Shown here: one piece after another, positions 9,489 through 19,770 of the stretch | Numbering within the stretch: position 1 is the first letter of the stretch | Layout of the letters: each line of letters opens with the position of its first letter | From: Vicinamibacteria bacterium | Lineage (GTDB): Bacteria; Acidobacteriota; Vicinamibacteria; Marinacidobacterales; Marinacidobacteraceae | Direction: 5' to 3' | Assembly: GCA_963668695.2 (NCBI GenBank) | Contig: CAXXLQ010000004.1 | Location: 1,408,001-1,472,000 of the forward strand | DNA length: 64,000 nucleotides | Made by a program: the position numbers and the translations under genes | Notes under the pieces: generated by a model | The model's database searches: none | The model's input: only the letters and a program-made list of their open reading frames with translations | Told to the model about the DNA's origin: nothing

Positions 9489-9898
9489 GAGTCGTTCTCG
9501 ACACCAATGTCCTCGTTTCGGCCGTGTTCTTCGGAGGGACGCCAGGTCAGGTGCTCTCGCACTGGCGAGATCGGGCGTTTGAAATTGCGGTGTCCCGGGA
9601 GGTTCTTGAAGAATACGTGCGCGTTGGCGAGCGGCTTGCGGTGCGGGCACCCGGTGTTGATCTTGGTCCTGCGCTGGACTTGATTGCGGCGCATGCAACC
9701 TTCGTCACCTCCGCGCCCCTCCCGGAACCGGTCTGTCGAGATCCTGATGATGACAAATTCCTTGCCTGTGCCCTGGCTGCCGAGGCCAAGTACATCGTCA
9801 GCGGAGATCGGGACCTTCTTGCTCTCTCCCCCTACCGGGGTGTCATCGTCCTGAGTCCGCGTGCTTTCGTCAAACAGTTGCCGCACCGCCCTTCCTGA
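9485..9898 (+). CDS. PIN-domain toxin
   Basis: MRVVLDTNVLVSA..CRDPDDDKFLACA..IVSGDRDLL; GTGA overlap with the antitoxin. Confidence 0.92.
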   Translation: MRVVLDTNVLVSAVFFGGTPGQVLSHWRDRAFEIAVSREVLEEYVRVGERLAVRAPGVDLGPALDLIAAHATFVTSAPLPEPVCRDPDDDKFLACALAAEAKYIVSGDRDLLALSPYRGVIVLSPRAFVKQLPHRPS

Positions 9899-9975
9899 CG
9901 ACTGCGCCAAGCAGAAACGGTCGCGCTCAGCGGCAGGGCGGCTTGATGGCCGGGCGTGCGAAACCGGCCGGGCGA

Positions 9976-11094
9976 TCAGTCCTGGGCGCGCTCGTACTTC
10001 GTGAGGCCGCCCACCGCGAACGGGCGGGAAGCCGGTCCTTCCGCGACGAACACGTTGCCGTCCTCGTCCACCGCAACCCCCTCACCGGCGAGTCCCTGGA
10101 GGACCCTCCCTTCGGTCGGGTAGTGCGGCGGAATGAAACCCGTCACCTTGTCCTCACTGGCGTTCCCGATCCGGACGCCGTTCAACCAGCCGAAGTGGTT
10201 GGTCTCGGTGGACTCCGAGTCGATCGCATAGAGCGTGTCGTCGTCGGTGATGAAGAGCCCGCTGACCCGGCTGAACTGGTAGTAGGTGTCGAGCAGATTG
10301 CCGTCCTGATCGAAGATCTGGAGGCGGTGGTTGCCGCGGTCGGCGACGAAGAGCCGGCCCTGGGAATCGAATTCCAGCGCGTGCGGAGTACGGAACTGGC
10401 TCGGACGGAACCCGATGATGCCCCACTCCTTGATGAAGTTGCCCTCGGCATCGAACTTCAGGATGCGCCCGGTCCTCCCTTCGGGTGGATCCGGACTCTG
10501 GCCGCTGTGACCGTCGGACACGAAGATGTCACCGTTCGGGGCGGTGATGACGTCGCACGGCTCGTAGAGCTGGCCGGGCCCGCTGCCCGGCCGACCGGCG
10601 GTTCCGAGACGCATCAGCACTTCGCCCTCGGGGCTGAACTTGATCACCTGGTGTCCCTTGGTTCCGGCCTCGTTGCCCTGGGAATCGGTGACCCAAACGT
10701 TCCCCTCGTCGTCGACGTGAAGTCCGTGGGGGAGCACGAAGAGTCCGGCGCCGAACTCGGCGAGGACTTCGCCGGTGTGACGATCGAACTTCAGAACCGG
10801 ATTCACCGTGGGGTTCTCCTCGCAACCGCCGGCCAGCGCGTTCGCTCCGCATCGGTCATAGACCCAGACGTGGCCGTCGGGTCCTATGTCCACACCGGCG
10901 GTGGAACCCCAGCTGCGGCCGTCCGGGAGATCCGCCCACTGGGTGATGACAACCGGGTTCGGATTCGGCAGGTTCCGTTGGACGAGATCGGCGTTCCCGG
11001 ACGGCTCTTCCATTTCGGCGGGCATCTCGCCGCCACAGCCAAAGATGGCGAACGCCAGGCCGCCCGCTAGCAAGAGGATCTTCACATCGCGCAT
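9976..11094 (-). CDS. NHL-repeat beta-propeller lipoprotein (peptidylglycine-amidating-lyase-like)
   Basis: Lipobox AIFGC; repeats LFVLPHGLHVDDEGNVWVTD, FRTPHALEFDSQGRLFVADRGNHRLQIFD. Confidence 0.88.
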   Translation of the reverse strand: MRDVKILLLAGGLAFAIFGCGGEMPAEMEEPSGNADLVQRNLPNPNPVVITQWADLPDGRSWGSTAGVDIGPDGHVWVYDRCGANALAGGCEENPTVNPVLKFDRHTGEVLAEFGAGLFVLPHGLHVDDEGNVWVTDSQGNEAGTKGHQVIKFSPEGEVLMRLGTAGRPGSGPGQLYEPCDVITAPNGDIFVSDGHSGQSPDPPEGRTGRILKFDAEGNFIKEWGIIGFRPSQFRTPHALEFDSQGRLFVADRGNHRLQIFDQDGNLLDTYYQFSRVSGLFITDDDTLYAIDSESTETNHFGWLNGVRIGNASEDKVTGFIPPHYPTEGRVLQGLAGEGVAVDEDGNVFVAEGPASRPFAVGGLTKYERAQD

Positions 11095-11203
11095 GGTGTC
11101 GCTCCTTCGAAGGGTCTGAGACCAGTCAAACCGAGACTGGCCGGACCGCAGTGTACCCGCGAGTCGCGGCTCCGGGCCGTTCGAGGATACGCGGGCCCGA
11201 ACG

Positions 11204-13147
11204 TCAGGGCCGGGCGGCCCCGGCGGGCAGTGGGCCCACGTAGGGACGTCCGGCGCGGTAGAGATCGAGGCGCTGGCGGATGGCCGCCGCCAGATCGGCT
11301 GTACCCCCGCTCCCGGCGAGAGCGGCAGCGCGCTCTGCTGCCTGGATTGCGTTCCGGTAGTCACCCGCGGCTGCGTAGGCAGCACCGAAGAGATCCAGCG
11401 ACCGGGGTTCCTGGAAAGAGAATTGTCCAGCAAGGCGCTCGGCGAGCCGAACCGCTTCCGCGGGATCGCGCAGGTCGCGCCGCGGATGGGCGGCAAGGAT
11501 TCCGGCGAGTGGGCCGAGCGCGGCCGGCATTGCGGGTTCGATTTCCAGCGCGTCCCGGAATGCGGCGACGGCTTCCGCGGGTCGGTCGGCGCCCAATAGA
11601 GCCGCACCGAGGGCCGCGTGCACACCCGCGGAGTCGGGACTCAGTTCCGCGGCGGTGGCAAGCGGCGCCACCGCCCCGCTGTAGTCGCCCGTGTCGAGCA
11701 ACAGGTCCCCGAGTTCGTAGAAGGCGTGGGGCGTTTGAGGTCGTTCGGCGGAGGCGTCCCGAAAGATGGTGAGCGCCTCGGCGGTTCGTCCGCCGTCGCG
11801 GAGGAGCGCCCCGGCCTTCAGCCGCGTCTGGTAGTCGGCACCTAGGGCCAGCGCTTCCCGGAGCAGTACCTGTGCCTCGCTCCGCGCGCCACGGATATGC
11901 AGGAGTTCCGCGAGCCCCGTCCAGAGCCGCGCGGTCTTTGCCGGTGGGTTCTCCTCCGGCATCCGCCGCTTGTACAACTCCTCGAGCCAGGCAAGCTCCC
12001 GGCGGCCGGCGGCTGATCCGGGAGTTGGCGGGGTTCCGGGAAGTCGGATCCAGTGGTCCGTGAACGGGGTGCCATGGAACGCCTCGCTCTCGGTCGGCAA
12101 ATGGCAGGCGGCGCAGTCCGCTTCGGCCGCCACTGGGGTCTGCCGGTGCAATGACGGGGCATCCTCGTGACACCGCGAGCAGACGGCGCGGGTCCGCTCT
12201 GGACCGGCCAGTTCCGGCCGATGCGGGTCATGGCATTCGGTGCAGGTGATCGTGCTTTCCGGACGCGATTCCCGGAAGCACGCGCTCATCATCAGGCTCG
12301 CCCCAGCGTGCCGGGCCAGCAGCGGGTCGCGGGCGAGGATGTCCCGCGGCTCGAAGTCGGTCGGCTGGCGGTGGCACTGTCCACAGAAGGCGACCTGCTC
12401 TGCGGGCGAAAGCCGCCCGGGATGGAAGATGGGACCGGGATCGCCCCCGCCGGACTGGGCCTCCACATGCGCGATCCCCGAGCCGTGGCAACGTTCGCAG
12501 GAGACGCCCAGCACCGCCCGATGGGGGTCGAAGCGTTCGTCCCCGTCCCAGGCGACGGCGGTGGCGTGACAGCCGATGCAGTTCGCGCTCTCTTCGGTCG
12601 TGTCGAGGTTTCCGAGGGGATCCTCGTCGTCTTCCCCCCCGGGAGTCGGGATCCAGCCGTCCCGCGCGTGGGAGAACGAGAGCCGCAATTCGCGGAGCCG
12701 GGCACCGGGCGCGAAAGAAACCGGAGTCAGACCCCGCAGGCCGGATCCAAAGACGGCGTCCACGGGGACGGAGCGAGGGTTGGCGTCCGGCGCTGCGAAC
12801 CGGACTCCTCCGTCGGCTTCGATTTCATAGGCCGGTTGCTGTCCGATCCCTGCCGGCCAGGAAACCACCCGCGCGAGCATCTCGTCCGAGAACCAGCGAT
12901 CGCGCGCCTCCCCGGTCACCGCGCCGGCGGTTTGGGCCATCGGATGCCCGGCTTGCGTGGCCGCGATGTCCGCGTGGCAGGCGCCGCACACCGCGGCGCC
13001 CACACCCTCGTCCGGGTCGGCGAGGGGTTCTCTTGGCGCTGTCACTCGCTCAGGCGGAGACTCCGTGCGATCGGAACGATCTCCACAGCCCCAAGTGGTT
13101 CCCAGCAGGAGCGCCGCCGCAATCGTGGCGCTTCGGGGCGGGAGCAC
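11204..13147 (-). CDS. Multiheme c-type cytochrome-TPR lipoprotein
   Basis: Lipobox TWGC; seven CxxCH (CGACH, CIGCH, CERCH, CGQCH, CTECH, CSRCH, CAACH); FTDHWI; C-terminal TPRs. Confidence 0.9.
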   Translation of the reverse strand: MLPPRSATIAAALLLGTTWGCGDRSDRTESPPERVTAPREPLADPDEGVGAAVCGACHADIAATQAGHPMAQTAGAVTGEARDRWFSDEMLARVVSWPAGIGQQPAYEIEADGGVRFAAPDANPRSVPVDAVFGSGLRGLTPVSFAPGARLRELRLSFSHARDGWIPTPGGEDDEDPLGNLDTTEESANCIGCHATAVAWDGDERFDPHRAVLGVSCERCHGSGIAHVEAQSGGGDPGPIFHPGRLSPAEQVAFCGQCHRQPTDFEPRDILARDPLLARHAGASLMMSACFRESRPESTITCTECHDPHRPELAGPERTRAVCSRCHEDAPSLHRQTPVAAEADCAACHLPTESEAFHGTPFTDHWIRLPGTPPTPGSAAGRRELAWLEELYKRRMPEENPPAKTARLWTGLAELLHIRGARSEAQVLLREALALGADYQTRLKAGALLRDGGRTAEALTIFRDASAERPQTPHAFYELGDLLLDTGDYSGAVAPLATAAELSPDSAGVHAALGAALLGADRPAEAVAAFRDALEIEPAMPAALGPLAGILAAHPRRDLRDPAEAVRLAERLAGQFSFQEPRSLDLFGAAYAAAGDYRNAIQAAERAAALAGSGGTADLAAAIRQRLDLYRAGRPYVGPLPAGAARP

Positions 13148-13180
13148 GCTGCGATCTTGGCCGAAGTCACGCCCAAAAGG

Positions 13181-13221
13181 AAAGGCCCGCCGGCTCCTTC
13201 CGGAGCCGACGGACCCTTTTT
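13181..13221 (-). terminator. Terminator of TBDR2
   Basis: GC hairpin GGCCCGCCGGCTCC..GGAGCCGACGGACC flanked by A/T runs. Confidence 0.75.
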
Positions 13222-13240
13222 GGTGGAAGACCCCGAAGGA

Positions 13241-16135
13241 TCAGAAGGTAAGTCGTACGGACAAACCGATGGTTCGTCCCTTCAGGTACTCCACAATTCG
13301 TTGATACGGAACTACGGAATCGAGCAACTGGGCGTTCACAACCGTGTTTGCGTTCATCGCGTTGAAGATGTCGAAAATGAACTGTGCGGTCATGCGATCG
13401 CCCATCGCGAAGGACTTGTCGAGTCGCAAGTCCACGATTGTCACATTCGGCGAGCGGTCCTCACTCATGGGGGCGAGCCAGGAGATGACCGTCACCCGTC
13501 CGTCATACACCGTGTTCCGGTGGGTCGGCGCGAAGTTGTACCCACTCACGAACCGATACGTTCCCGCCAAACCGATCTCGTACGGCAAGACATATCGCGC
13601 GGAAGTCTTCAACTGATAAGTGGTCGTATCCTGAACGGTGGGAATGTCCTGATCGTAGTTGAGGAACCAACCCTGTGCCGTGGGGTCGGAAGACAGCGGC
13701 GAGCTTGTTGCCCCGCCGCTGGACGACCCGGCCGCGCTCCGCGGTTCAGAGCGCCACTGGTAGTCGAAGTACACGTTGTAGAAGAAGTTGTTCCGGAACC
13801 GCTTGTTCAGCGCCAGGGACATGGTGTGGAAGTCCATGTCGCTCTCGCCCGCCGGGTGGTTCGTGGTCAGCCTGTCGGTCGTGCCGACCAGTTCCTCGGG
13901 GTAGAGGAGCAGGTTGAAGGAGCGGTTGTAGCCCGCCGGACAATTGTCGCAGGTCGGAATCGTGATCGGGGTGTTCAGGCCCAGGTCGGCCTGGTCGTAG
14001 CTGCCCCAGGTGTTGCGCATCCGTTTGTACACATACGACGCCCGCGCACCGAGGTCGGCGGTCACCTCGTGCTCGACCGAGGCGCTCAACTCGTCCGCCC
14101 AGGGGAGCGTCCAATTGCTGTCGATGGGCGTCGTCGAACCGGATCCGGCGCCCGCGGTGAACGAGAGCTGCTGTCCGAGTTCCGAGGAATCGTCGAGGAT
14201 TCCGTTCATGTTCTGGTCGAGGAACACGTAGCGGGCGGAAGGCTGGCCACCCGGGTTCGCTGACAGCAGGCCTGTACCGATGTTGGAGAAGTAGCGCCCG
14301 AAGTAGGTCTTGAAGACCGTGGAACCCTCACCGGTCAGGTCGTAGGTCAGCCCGACGCGGGGAGCGATGTTCCAGTGGCTGAACACATCGTCACCCGGGG
14401 TGACGCCGCCGGTACCAAAGGCGTCCATGAGGATCTGGCTCTGATTGGCCGGAAGTTCGAACTGGCACTGCAAAACATCCTGACACGCGCTTCCGGGGGA
14501 GTTGTCCGCCTCGAGGTAAGTGAGGATCTGGCTGCCTACCCGGACGCCGGCCAGCAGGGTCAGGCGGTCGTTCACGGTCCACACGTCCTGCACGAAGAAG
14601 TCCGCGTGCATGTTGGGGTTTTCCACCAGGTTGGGAACTCCCACGAGGTCGATCTGGTGCACGTTGTGCGGGCGGCCCTGGCCCGGATCGTCGCGGTACC
14701 GGAAGGCGCCGGAGTTCGTGTTGAACCCGCGGAGTTCACTGTCAATCTGCCAGTCCCAGCCGAACTTGAAGTCGTGGCTGCCGCTGCCGATCGGGACGTA
14801 GTAGTTGAACTGGGCCGTGCTCTGCGGCTTCCAGCGGTTCCTGGTGAACGGCTGCCAGCCCGCTCCCGACACATGGCTGTTAGCGAGGTTGAGGCGTGGC
14901 TCGTTCCCGTTGATCGGATCCGCTTTGGGGACCATTGGCCACGTCGTTCCCATGTGGCCGATCATGATGTTGCTGAAGAACCGGTCGCTCCAGACCCGCT
15001 GCCACTCGGCCTTGTGCAGCCAGATCCAGTAGTCCTGGGCGAGGATGGAATCGGCGGGACGCGTCGCGGAGAGTCCGCGGTTGGGCTTGCGCTTCCAGGA
15101 CCACGTCGAAAAACCGATGAACTGGTCGCGCTCGGTGATCTGGTAGTTCACCTTCGCGGTGAAGATGTCGAAGTCGCCGATGTCGGTCGCGAGGTTCTGA
15201 TCCACGCCCGAGATCGCGGTGTCGATATAGAAGTTGTTGTAGGCGGCATAGAACCACGCCTTGTCCCGGACGATGGGACCGCCGAGGTCCAGGTGAAACT
15301 CGTAGAACTTGAGCACCGGTGACGGGGAGCCGTCCCGCGCCCCCAATTCGGAGTTGAAGTTGTCGGCGATCAGATTCGGCGGATTGTACGCCCCGCTCTG
15401 GAGGCCCGAGAAGTCGTTGCCGCCGGTCTTGACGGTCGTCTGGATCTGCGCTCCGGGAGTGGACATTTCCACGTCCGCGCCCTGCGCCGAGACCTGGAAC
15501 TCCTCCATCGCGTAGTAGTCGTAGTAGCCGCCGGCGCTGCCGGTGCCCTCCGTGGTGTTCACGCCCTCGTAGAGGACCCGGTTCTGGCTCCGCACGCCGA
15601 AGGTCTCGTACCTGGACTGCTGGCTCTTGTGCGAGCCGCCCACGTCATAACCCTGCACCCGGATGCCCGGGCTCAGGTGCAGCACCGCCCACATGTCGGT
15701 CGCGGTGGGGACCTCGTCCAACTGGGTCTTGTCGAAGGTGGCTGCCACGCCGGTGGACTTCACGTCCACCACCGGCGACTCACCGGTGACGGTGACCGTC
15801 TCGGCCACCGTGGCGATCTGCATGTCGGCGTTCACGCTGAAGGTGGCGCCGGTGACGACGCGCACTTCCTCGAACACTATGGTCTGGAAGCCGCTCAGCT
15901 CGAACTGGAGGGTGTAGTCGCCCGGGGGCAACGCCTGGAACCGGTAGGAGCCGTTCACGTCGGTGGTGGCGTTCCTGCCGCCGATGATGGACTCACCCGA
16001 GAGGGTCACCGACACTCCGGGGAGGGCGAGTCCCTGGGCGTCGCGCGCCGCGCCTTCGAGGCGTCCGTACTGCTGCTGGGCGAGTGCCGGGACGGCAAGC
16101 GTCAAGAACAGAAAAGCGAGAAATACTCGTCTCAT
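13241..16135 (-). CDS. TonB-dependent receptor (TBDR2)
   Basis: Start MRRVFLAFL after GGAGGG; same architecture as TBDR1; ends RLTF. Confidence 0.92.
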   Translation of the reverse strand: MRRVFLAFLFLTLAVPALAQQQYGRLEGAARDAQGLALPGVSVTLSGESIIGGRNATTDVNGSYRFQALPPGDYTLQFELSGFQTIVFEEVRVVTGATFSVNADMQIATVAETVTVTGESPVVDVKSTGVAATFDKTQLDEVPTATDMWAVLHLSPGIRVQGYDVGGSHKSQQSRYETFGVRSQNRVLYEGVNTTEGTGSAGGYYDYYAMEEFQVSAQGADVEMSTPGAQIQTTVKTGGNDFSGLQSGAYNPPNLIADNFNSELGARDGSPSPVLKFYEFHLDLGGPIVRDKAWFYAAYNNFYIDTAISGVDQNLATDIGDFDIFTAKVNYQITERDQFIGFSTWSWKRKPNRGLSATRPADSILAQDYWIWLHKAEWQRVWSDRFFSNIMIGHMGTTWPMVPKADPINGNEPRLNLANSHVSGAGWQPFTRNRWKPQSTAQFNYYVPIGSGSHDFKFGWDWQIDSELRGFNTNSGAFRYRDDPGQGRPHNVHQIDLVGVPNLVENPNMHADFFVQDVWTVNDRLTLLAGVRVGSQILTYLEADNSPGSACQDVLQCQFELPANQSQILMDAFGTGGVTPGDDVFSHWNIAPRVGLTYDLTGEGSTVFKTYFGRYFSNIGTGLLSANPGGQPSARYVFLDQNMNGILDDSSELGQQLSFTAGAGSGSTTPIDSNWTLPWADELSASVEHEVTADLGARASYVYKRMRNTWGSYDQADLGLNTPITIPTCDNCPAGYNRSFNLLLYPEELVGTTDRLTTNHPAGESDMDFHTMSLALNKRFRNNFFYNVYFDYQWRSEPRSAAGSSSGGATSSPLSSDPTAQGWFLNYDQDIPTVQDTTTYQLKTSARYVLPYEIGLAGTYRFVSGYNFAPTHRNTVYDGRVTVISWLAPMSEDRSPNVTIVDLRLDKSFAMGDRMTAQFIFDIFNAMNANTVVNAQLLDSVVPYQRIVEYLKGRTIGLSVRLTF

Positions 16136-16182
16136 GGGCCCCTCCGGAGTGGGGAAGGCAAAAAAAACGGGGTGCAAACCCG

Positions 16183-16197
16183 GCAACAGGTGCGCCA
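16183..16197 (-). promoter_or_regulatory. Putative sigma54 promoter of TBDR2
   Basis: Minus strand TGGCGCACCTGTTGC. Confidence 0.65.
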
Positions 16198-16349
16198 GAG
16201 CCCCGGGACGCCGGAGCGCCCGGAACAAAGCTATCGGATTCCGGGGGTTGGATGCGAACGCCAGACGTCGAGACCGCCTGAAGGCGATGCTGGTGTCCAA
16301 ATTCCCGACCCCGGCGATCCGAAAATCCGGAACTCTGGAATCGGCCCGC

Positions 16350-16443
16350 GTGGCGCTTCCCGGCGATCGCTCTCGGCGCCGCAGCCCCAGGTCGTTACCA
16401 GCAGTACCGCCACTGGGACGGCGGCGCTTCGGGACGGGAGCAC
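16350..16443 (-). pseudogene. Duplicated 5' remnant of the cytochrome-TPR gene
   Basis: VLPSRSAAVPVAVLLVTTWGCGAESDR versus VLPPRSATIAAALLLGTTWGCGDRSDR at 13147; the upstream DNA and terminator are also homologous. Confidence 0.8.
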
Positions 16444-16476
16444 GCAGCGATCTTGGCCCAAGTTGCGCCCAAAAGG

Positions 16477-16513
16477 AAAGGCCCGCCGACCCCTTGCGGG
16501 GCCGACGGGCCTT
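16477..16513 (-). terminator. Terminator of TBDR3
   Basis: AAAGGCCCGCCGACCCC..GGGGCCGACGGGCCTT hairpin. Confidence 0.75.
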
Positions 16514-16535
16514 GGTGGTGGGTGACCCTACCGGG

Positions 16536-19430
16536 TCAGAAGGTAAGTCGCGCCGAGAACCCGATGGTTCTGCCTTTCAGATAGTCCACGACTCTCTGAT
16601 AGGGCACGACGGAATCCAGGATCTGGAAGTTGGTGATCGTGTTCGCGTTCAGGGCGTTGAAGAAATCCAGAATGATCTGCACCCGCGTCTGGTCCCCCAA
16701 GGGGAATGACTTGTCCATTCTGAAGTCCACGACTGTCACATTGTCGGATCGCTCAGAATTCGCTGCGGCCAGCCATGAGTAAACAGTCAGCTTACCGCCG
16801 TAGAGAGTATTCCGGTGCGTCGGTGAGTAGTTGAACCCGCTGATGTAGCGCATGGTGCCGGCCAAGCCGATCTCATACGGCAGAACGTAGCGCGCCGAAG
16901 ACTTCAACTGGAACGTGGTCGTCTTCTGGACGGTCGCAATGTCCTGGTCGTAGTTAATGAACCAGCCCTGTGCCGTCGGATCCGCCGAGAGCGGATTGCG
17001 GGCCGCCCACGAAGTGGACGAAGTTCCGGGGCTCCGGGGCTCCGAGCGCCACTGGTAGTCGAAGTAGACGTTGTAGAAGAAATTGTTCCGGAACCGTTTG
17101 TTCAGTGCGAGCGACAGGTTGTGGAAGTCCATGTTGCTCTCTCCGGCTGGGTGGTTCATCGTCAGGTTGTCCGATTTGCCCGCGAGTTCTTCCGGCATCA
17201 CCAGGTAGTTGAACGACCGGCTGTAGCCGGCCGGGCAGCCTTCGCAGGCCGAAAGCGTGATGGGCGTGTTCCGGCTGTTGAGTTGAATCTGGTTCAGCCC
17301 ACTCGACCAGGTATTCCGCATGCGTTTGTACACATAGGAAAGTCGGGTTCCGAGATCGGCGGTCAACTCATGTTCCACCGAAGCACTGACTTCGTCGGCA
17401 TAGGGAAGCGACCAGTTCGAGTCAATCGGAGTACCTGATCCTGCGCCGGCGCTGAAGGAGAGCTCGTCACCCAGTTCCGCGGTGGAATCGAGCACCGCAT
17501 TTCCATTCAGGTCGTTGAAGAGGTACCGAGCGGATGCCTGTCCTCCTGGGTTTGCCGAGCTGAGTCCCGTGCCGACATTCGAGTAGTACCGTCCGAAGTA
17601 CGCCTTGAAGACCGAGGATCCCTCGCCCGTCAGGTCATAGGTGAAGCCCACGCGCGGTGCGACATTCCAGTGCGTGTATGCGGTGGCTCCGGGGACGGCG
17701 ACGCCGGATCCGAAAACCTCGGTCAGGATCTGACTCTGGTCGCCTGGTAGTTCGAACTGGCAATTGAGCACATCCTGGCAGGCGGTTCCTGGGGAGTTGT
17801 CAGAAGACAGGTAACTCAGGGCCTGACTCCCGACGCGGAATCCAAGAGTTACCGTCAATCTGTCGTTGACGGTCCAGGTGTCCTGGGCGAACAAGTCCCA
17901 ATGCGTGTTCCGATTGTCGACGAGGTTTGGAACTCCGACAAGATTGACCTGATAGACGCCGTTGGGGTTGCCCTGGGTTGGGTCGTCGCGATACTGGAAG
18001 GCTCCCGAGTTCGTGTTCCAGCCCGAAAGCTCGCTGTCAATCTGCCAGTCCCAGCCGAACTTGAAGTCATGGCTTCCATCACCGATCGGGACGTAGTAGT
18101 TGAACTGACCGGTGCTCTGCGGCTTCCAGCGGTTGCGAGTGAACGGCTGCCAGCCGGCGCCCGAACGGACGCTGTTCGTCAGATTGATTCGGGGTTCGTT
18201 GCCGTTGATCGGGTCCGCCTTCGGCGTCATCGGCCAGGTCGTGCCCATGTGGCCGACCATCATGTTGCTGTAGAGCCGGTCACTCCAAACGCGCTGCCAT
18301 TCGGCCTTGTGGAGCCAGATCCAGTAATCCTGGGCGAGCACCGATGCGGCCGGAATCGTGCTTGAAATGCTCCGATTGGGCTTGCGCTTCCAGGACCAGG
18401 TGGAAAAGCCGATGAACTGGTCGCGCTCGGTGATCTGATAGTTCAGCTTGGTGGTGAAGATGTCGAAATCGCCGATGTCGGTGCCGGTGTCGATCGGCTG
18501 CCCGGACACGGCGGTGTCAATGAAGAAGTTGTTGTACGCCACGTAGAACCACGCCTTGTCCCGGACGATCGGGCCGCCGAGGTCCAGATGGAACTCGTAG
18601 AACTTGAGCACCGGAGCCGCCGAGGCGCCGCGGGCGTCCAGCTCGCTGTCGAAGTTGTCGGCGATCATGTCCTCGGGGTTCCAGGCGCCGCTCTGGAGGC
18701 CGGAGAAGTCGTTGCCACCGGTCTTGACGGTGGTCTGGATCTGCGCTCCCGGGGTGGACATTTCCACATCGGCGCCCTGGGCAGAGACCTGGAACTCCTC
18801 CATGGCGTAGTAGTCGTAGTAGCCGCCAGCGGAGCCGGAGCCCTCGGTGGTGTTCACGCCCTCGTAGAGGACCCGGTTCTGGCTGCGCACCCCGAAGGTC
18901 TCGTACATGGACTGCTGGCTCTTGTGGGAGCCGCCAACGTCGTAGCCCTGGACCCGAATTCCCGGGCTCTGGTGCAGCACCGCCCACATGTCGGTGGCCG
19001 TTGGCACTTCGTCGAGCTGGGTCTTGTCGAAGGTCGCCGCCACTCCGGTGGACTTCACGTCCACTACCGGCGATTCGCCGGTCACCGTGACCGTCTCGGC
19101 CACCGTGGCGATCTGCATGTCGGCGTTCACGCTGAACGTGGCGCCGGTGACGACCCGGATGTCTTCGAACAAAATGGTCTGGAAACCGCTCAGTTCGAAC
19201 TGGATGTTGTAGTCGCCTGGGGGCAGCGCCGGGAACCGGTACGAACCGTCCACGTCGGTGGTCGCGTTCCGGCCGCCGATGATGGCCTCACCCGAGAGGG
19301 TGACGGACACTCCGGGGAGGGCGAGTCCCTGGGCATCGCGCGCCGCACCTTCAAGGCGTCCGTACTGCTGCTGGGCAAGTGCCGGGACGGCAAACGCCAC
19401 GAGCAGAAGAGCGAGAAGAATCTTTCTCAT
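16536..19430 (-). CDS. TonB-dependent receptor (TBDR3)
   Basis: RBS GGAGGG; signal peptide; close paralog of TBDR2/4; ends RLTF. Confidence 0.93.
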   Translation of the reverse strand: MRKILLALLLVAFAVPALAQQQYGRLEGAARDAQGLALPGVSVTLSGEAIIGGRNATTDVDGSYRFPALPPGDYNIQFELSGFQTILFEDIRVVTGATFSVNADMQIATVAETVTVTGESPVVDVKSTGVAATFDKTQLDEVPTATDMWAVLHQSPGIRVQGYDVGGSHKSQQSMYETFGVRSQNRVLYEGVNTTEGSGSAGGYYDYYAMEEFQVSAQGADVEMSTPGAQIQTTVKTGGNDFSGLQSGAWNPEDMIADNFDSELDARGASAAPVLKFYEFHLDLGGPIVRDKAWFYVAYNNFFIDTAVSGQPIDTGTDIGDFDIFTTKLNYQITERDQFIGFSTWSWKRKPNRSISSTIPAASVLAQDYWIWLHKAEWQRVWSDRLYSNMMVGHMGTTWPMTPKADPINGNEPRINLTNSVRSGAGWQPFTRNRWKPQSTGQFNYYVPIGDGSHDFKFGWDWQIDSELSGWNTNSGAFQYRDDPTQGNPNGVYQVNLVGVPNLVDNRNTHWDLFAQDTWTVNDRLTVTLGFRVGSQALSYLSSDNSPGTACQDVLNCQFELPGDQSQILTEVFGSGVAVPGATAYTHWNVAPRVGFTYDLTGEGSSVFKAYFGRYYSNVGTGLSSANPGGQASARYLFNDLNGNAVLDSTAELGDELSFSAGAGSGTPIDSNWSLPYADEVSASVEHELTADLGTRLSYVYKRMRNTWSSGLNQIQLNSRNTPITLSACEGCPAGYSRSFNYLVMPEELAGKSDNLTMNHPAGESNMDFHNLSLALNKRFRNNFFYNVYFDYQWRSEPRSPGTSSTSWAARNPLSADPTAQGWFINYDQDIATVQKTTTFQLKSSARYVLPYEIGLAGTMRYISGFNYSPTHRNTLYGGKLTVYSWLAAANSERSDNVTVVDFRMDKSFPLGDQTRVQIILDFFNALNANTITNFQILDSVVPYQRVVDYLKGRTIGFSARLTF

Positions 19431-19475
19431 GGTCCCTCCTTCAGGGGAGCGTATAAGGAACAGGAAACTAATTGG

Positions 19476-19490
19476 GCAAGAAGCGTGCCA
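19476..19490 (-). promoter_or_regulatory. Sigma54 -24/-12 promoter of TBDR3
   Basis: Minus strand TGGCACGCTTCTTGC matches consensus TGGCAC-N5-TTGC. Confidence 0.8.
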
Positions 19491-19701
19491 TGGAACGGGC
19501 CGTGCCGCGAACGTCGGAAAGCGCCTTTTTTCAACACGATGTAGTGAGTTGTGGCGGCCCCTTTCACGGCTCGATCCAAAATTTTAGATCCAGCGGTGCC
19601 GGTGGGGAACCGCGCCCCAACGAGGATGTTCGCGGCTCCGGATGCTCGGTCTCGGACTGCCGTCCGGAGGTGCCGTCCCGCCCCCTCGATCGGCGGCAAA
19701 C

Positions 19702-19740
19702 AAAAAAGGCCCGCCGGCTTCCGGAGAAGCCGACGGGCCT
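19702..19740 (-). terminator. Terminator of TBDR4
   Basis: Minus strand AGGCCCGTCGGCTTC..GAAGCCGGCGGGCC-TTTTTT. Confidence 0.85.
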
Positions 19741-19770
19741 CGGGGTCCTGGTGGGATCCCTCTCAGCAGG

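Noticed and set aside
4711-9960. Integron cassette array
   Set aside because: No intI and no recognisable attC sites; genes lie in mixed orientation
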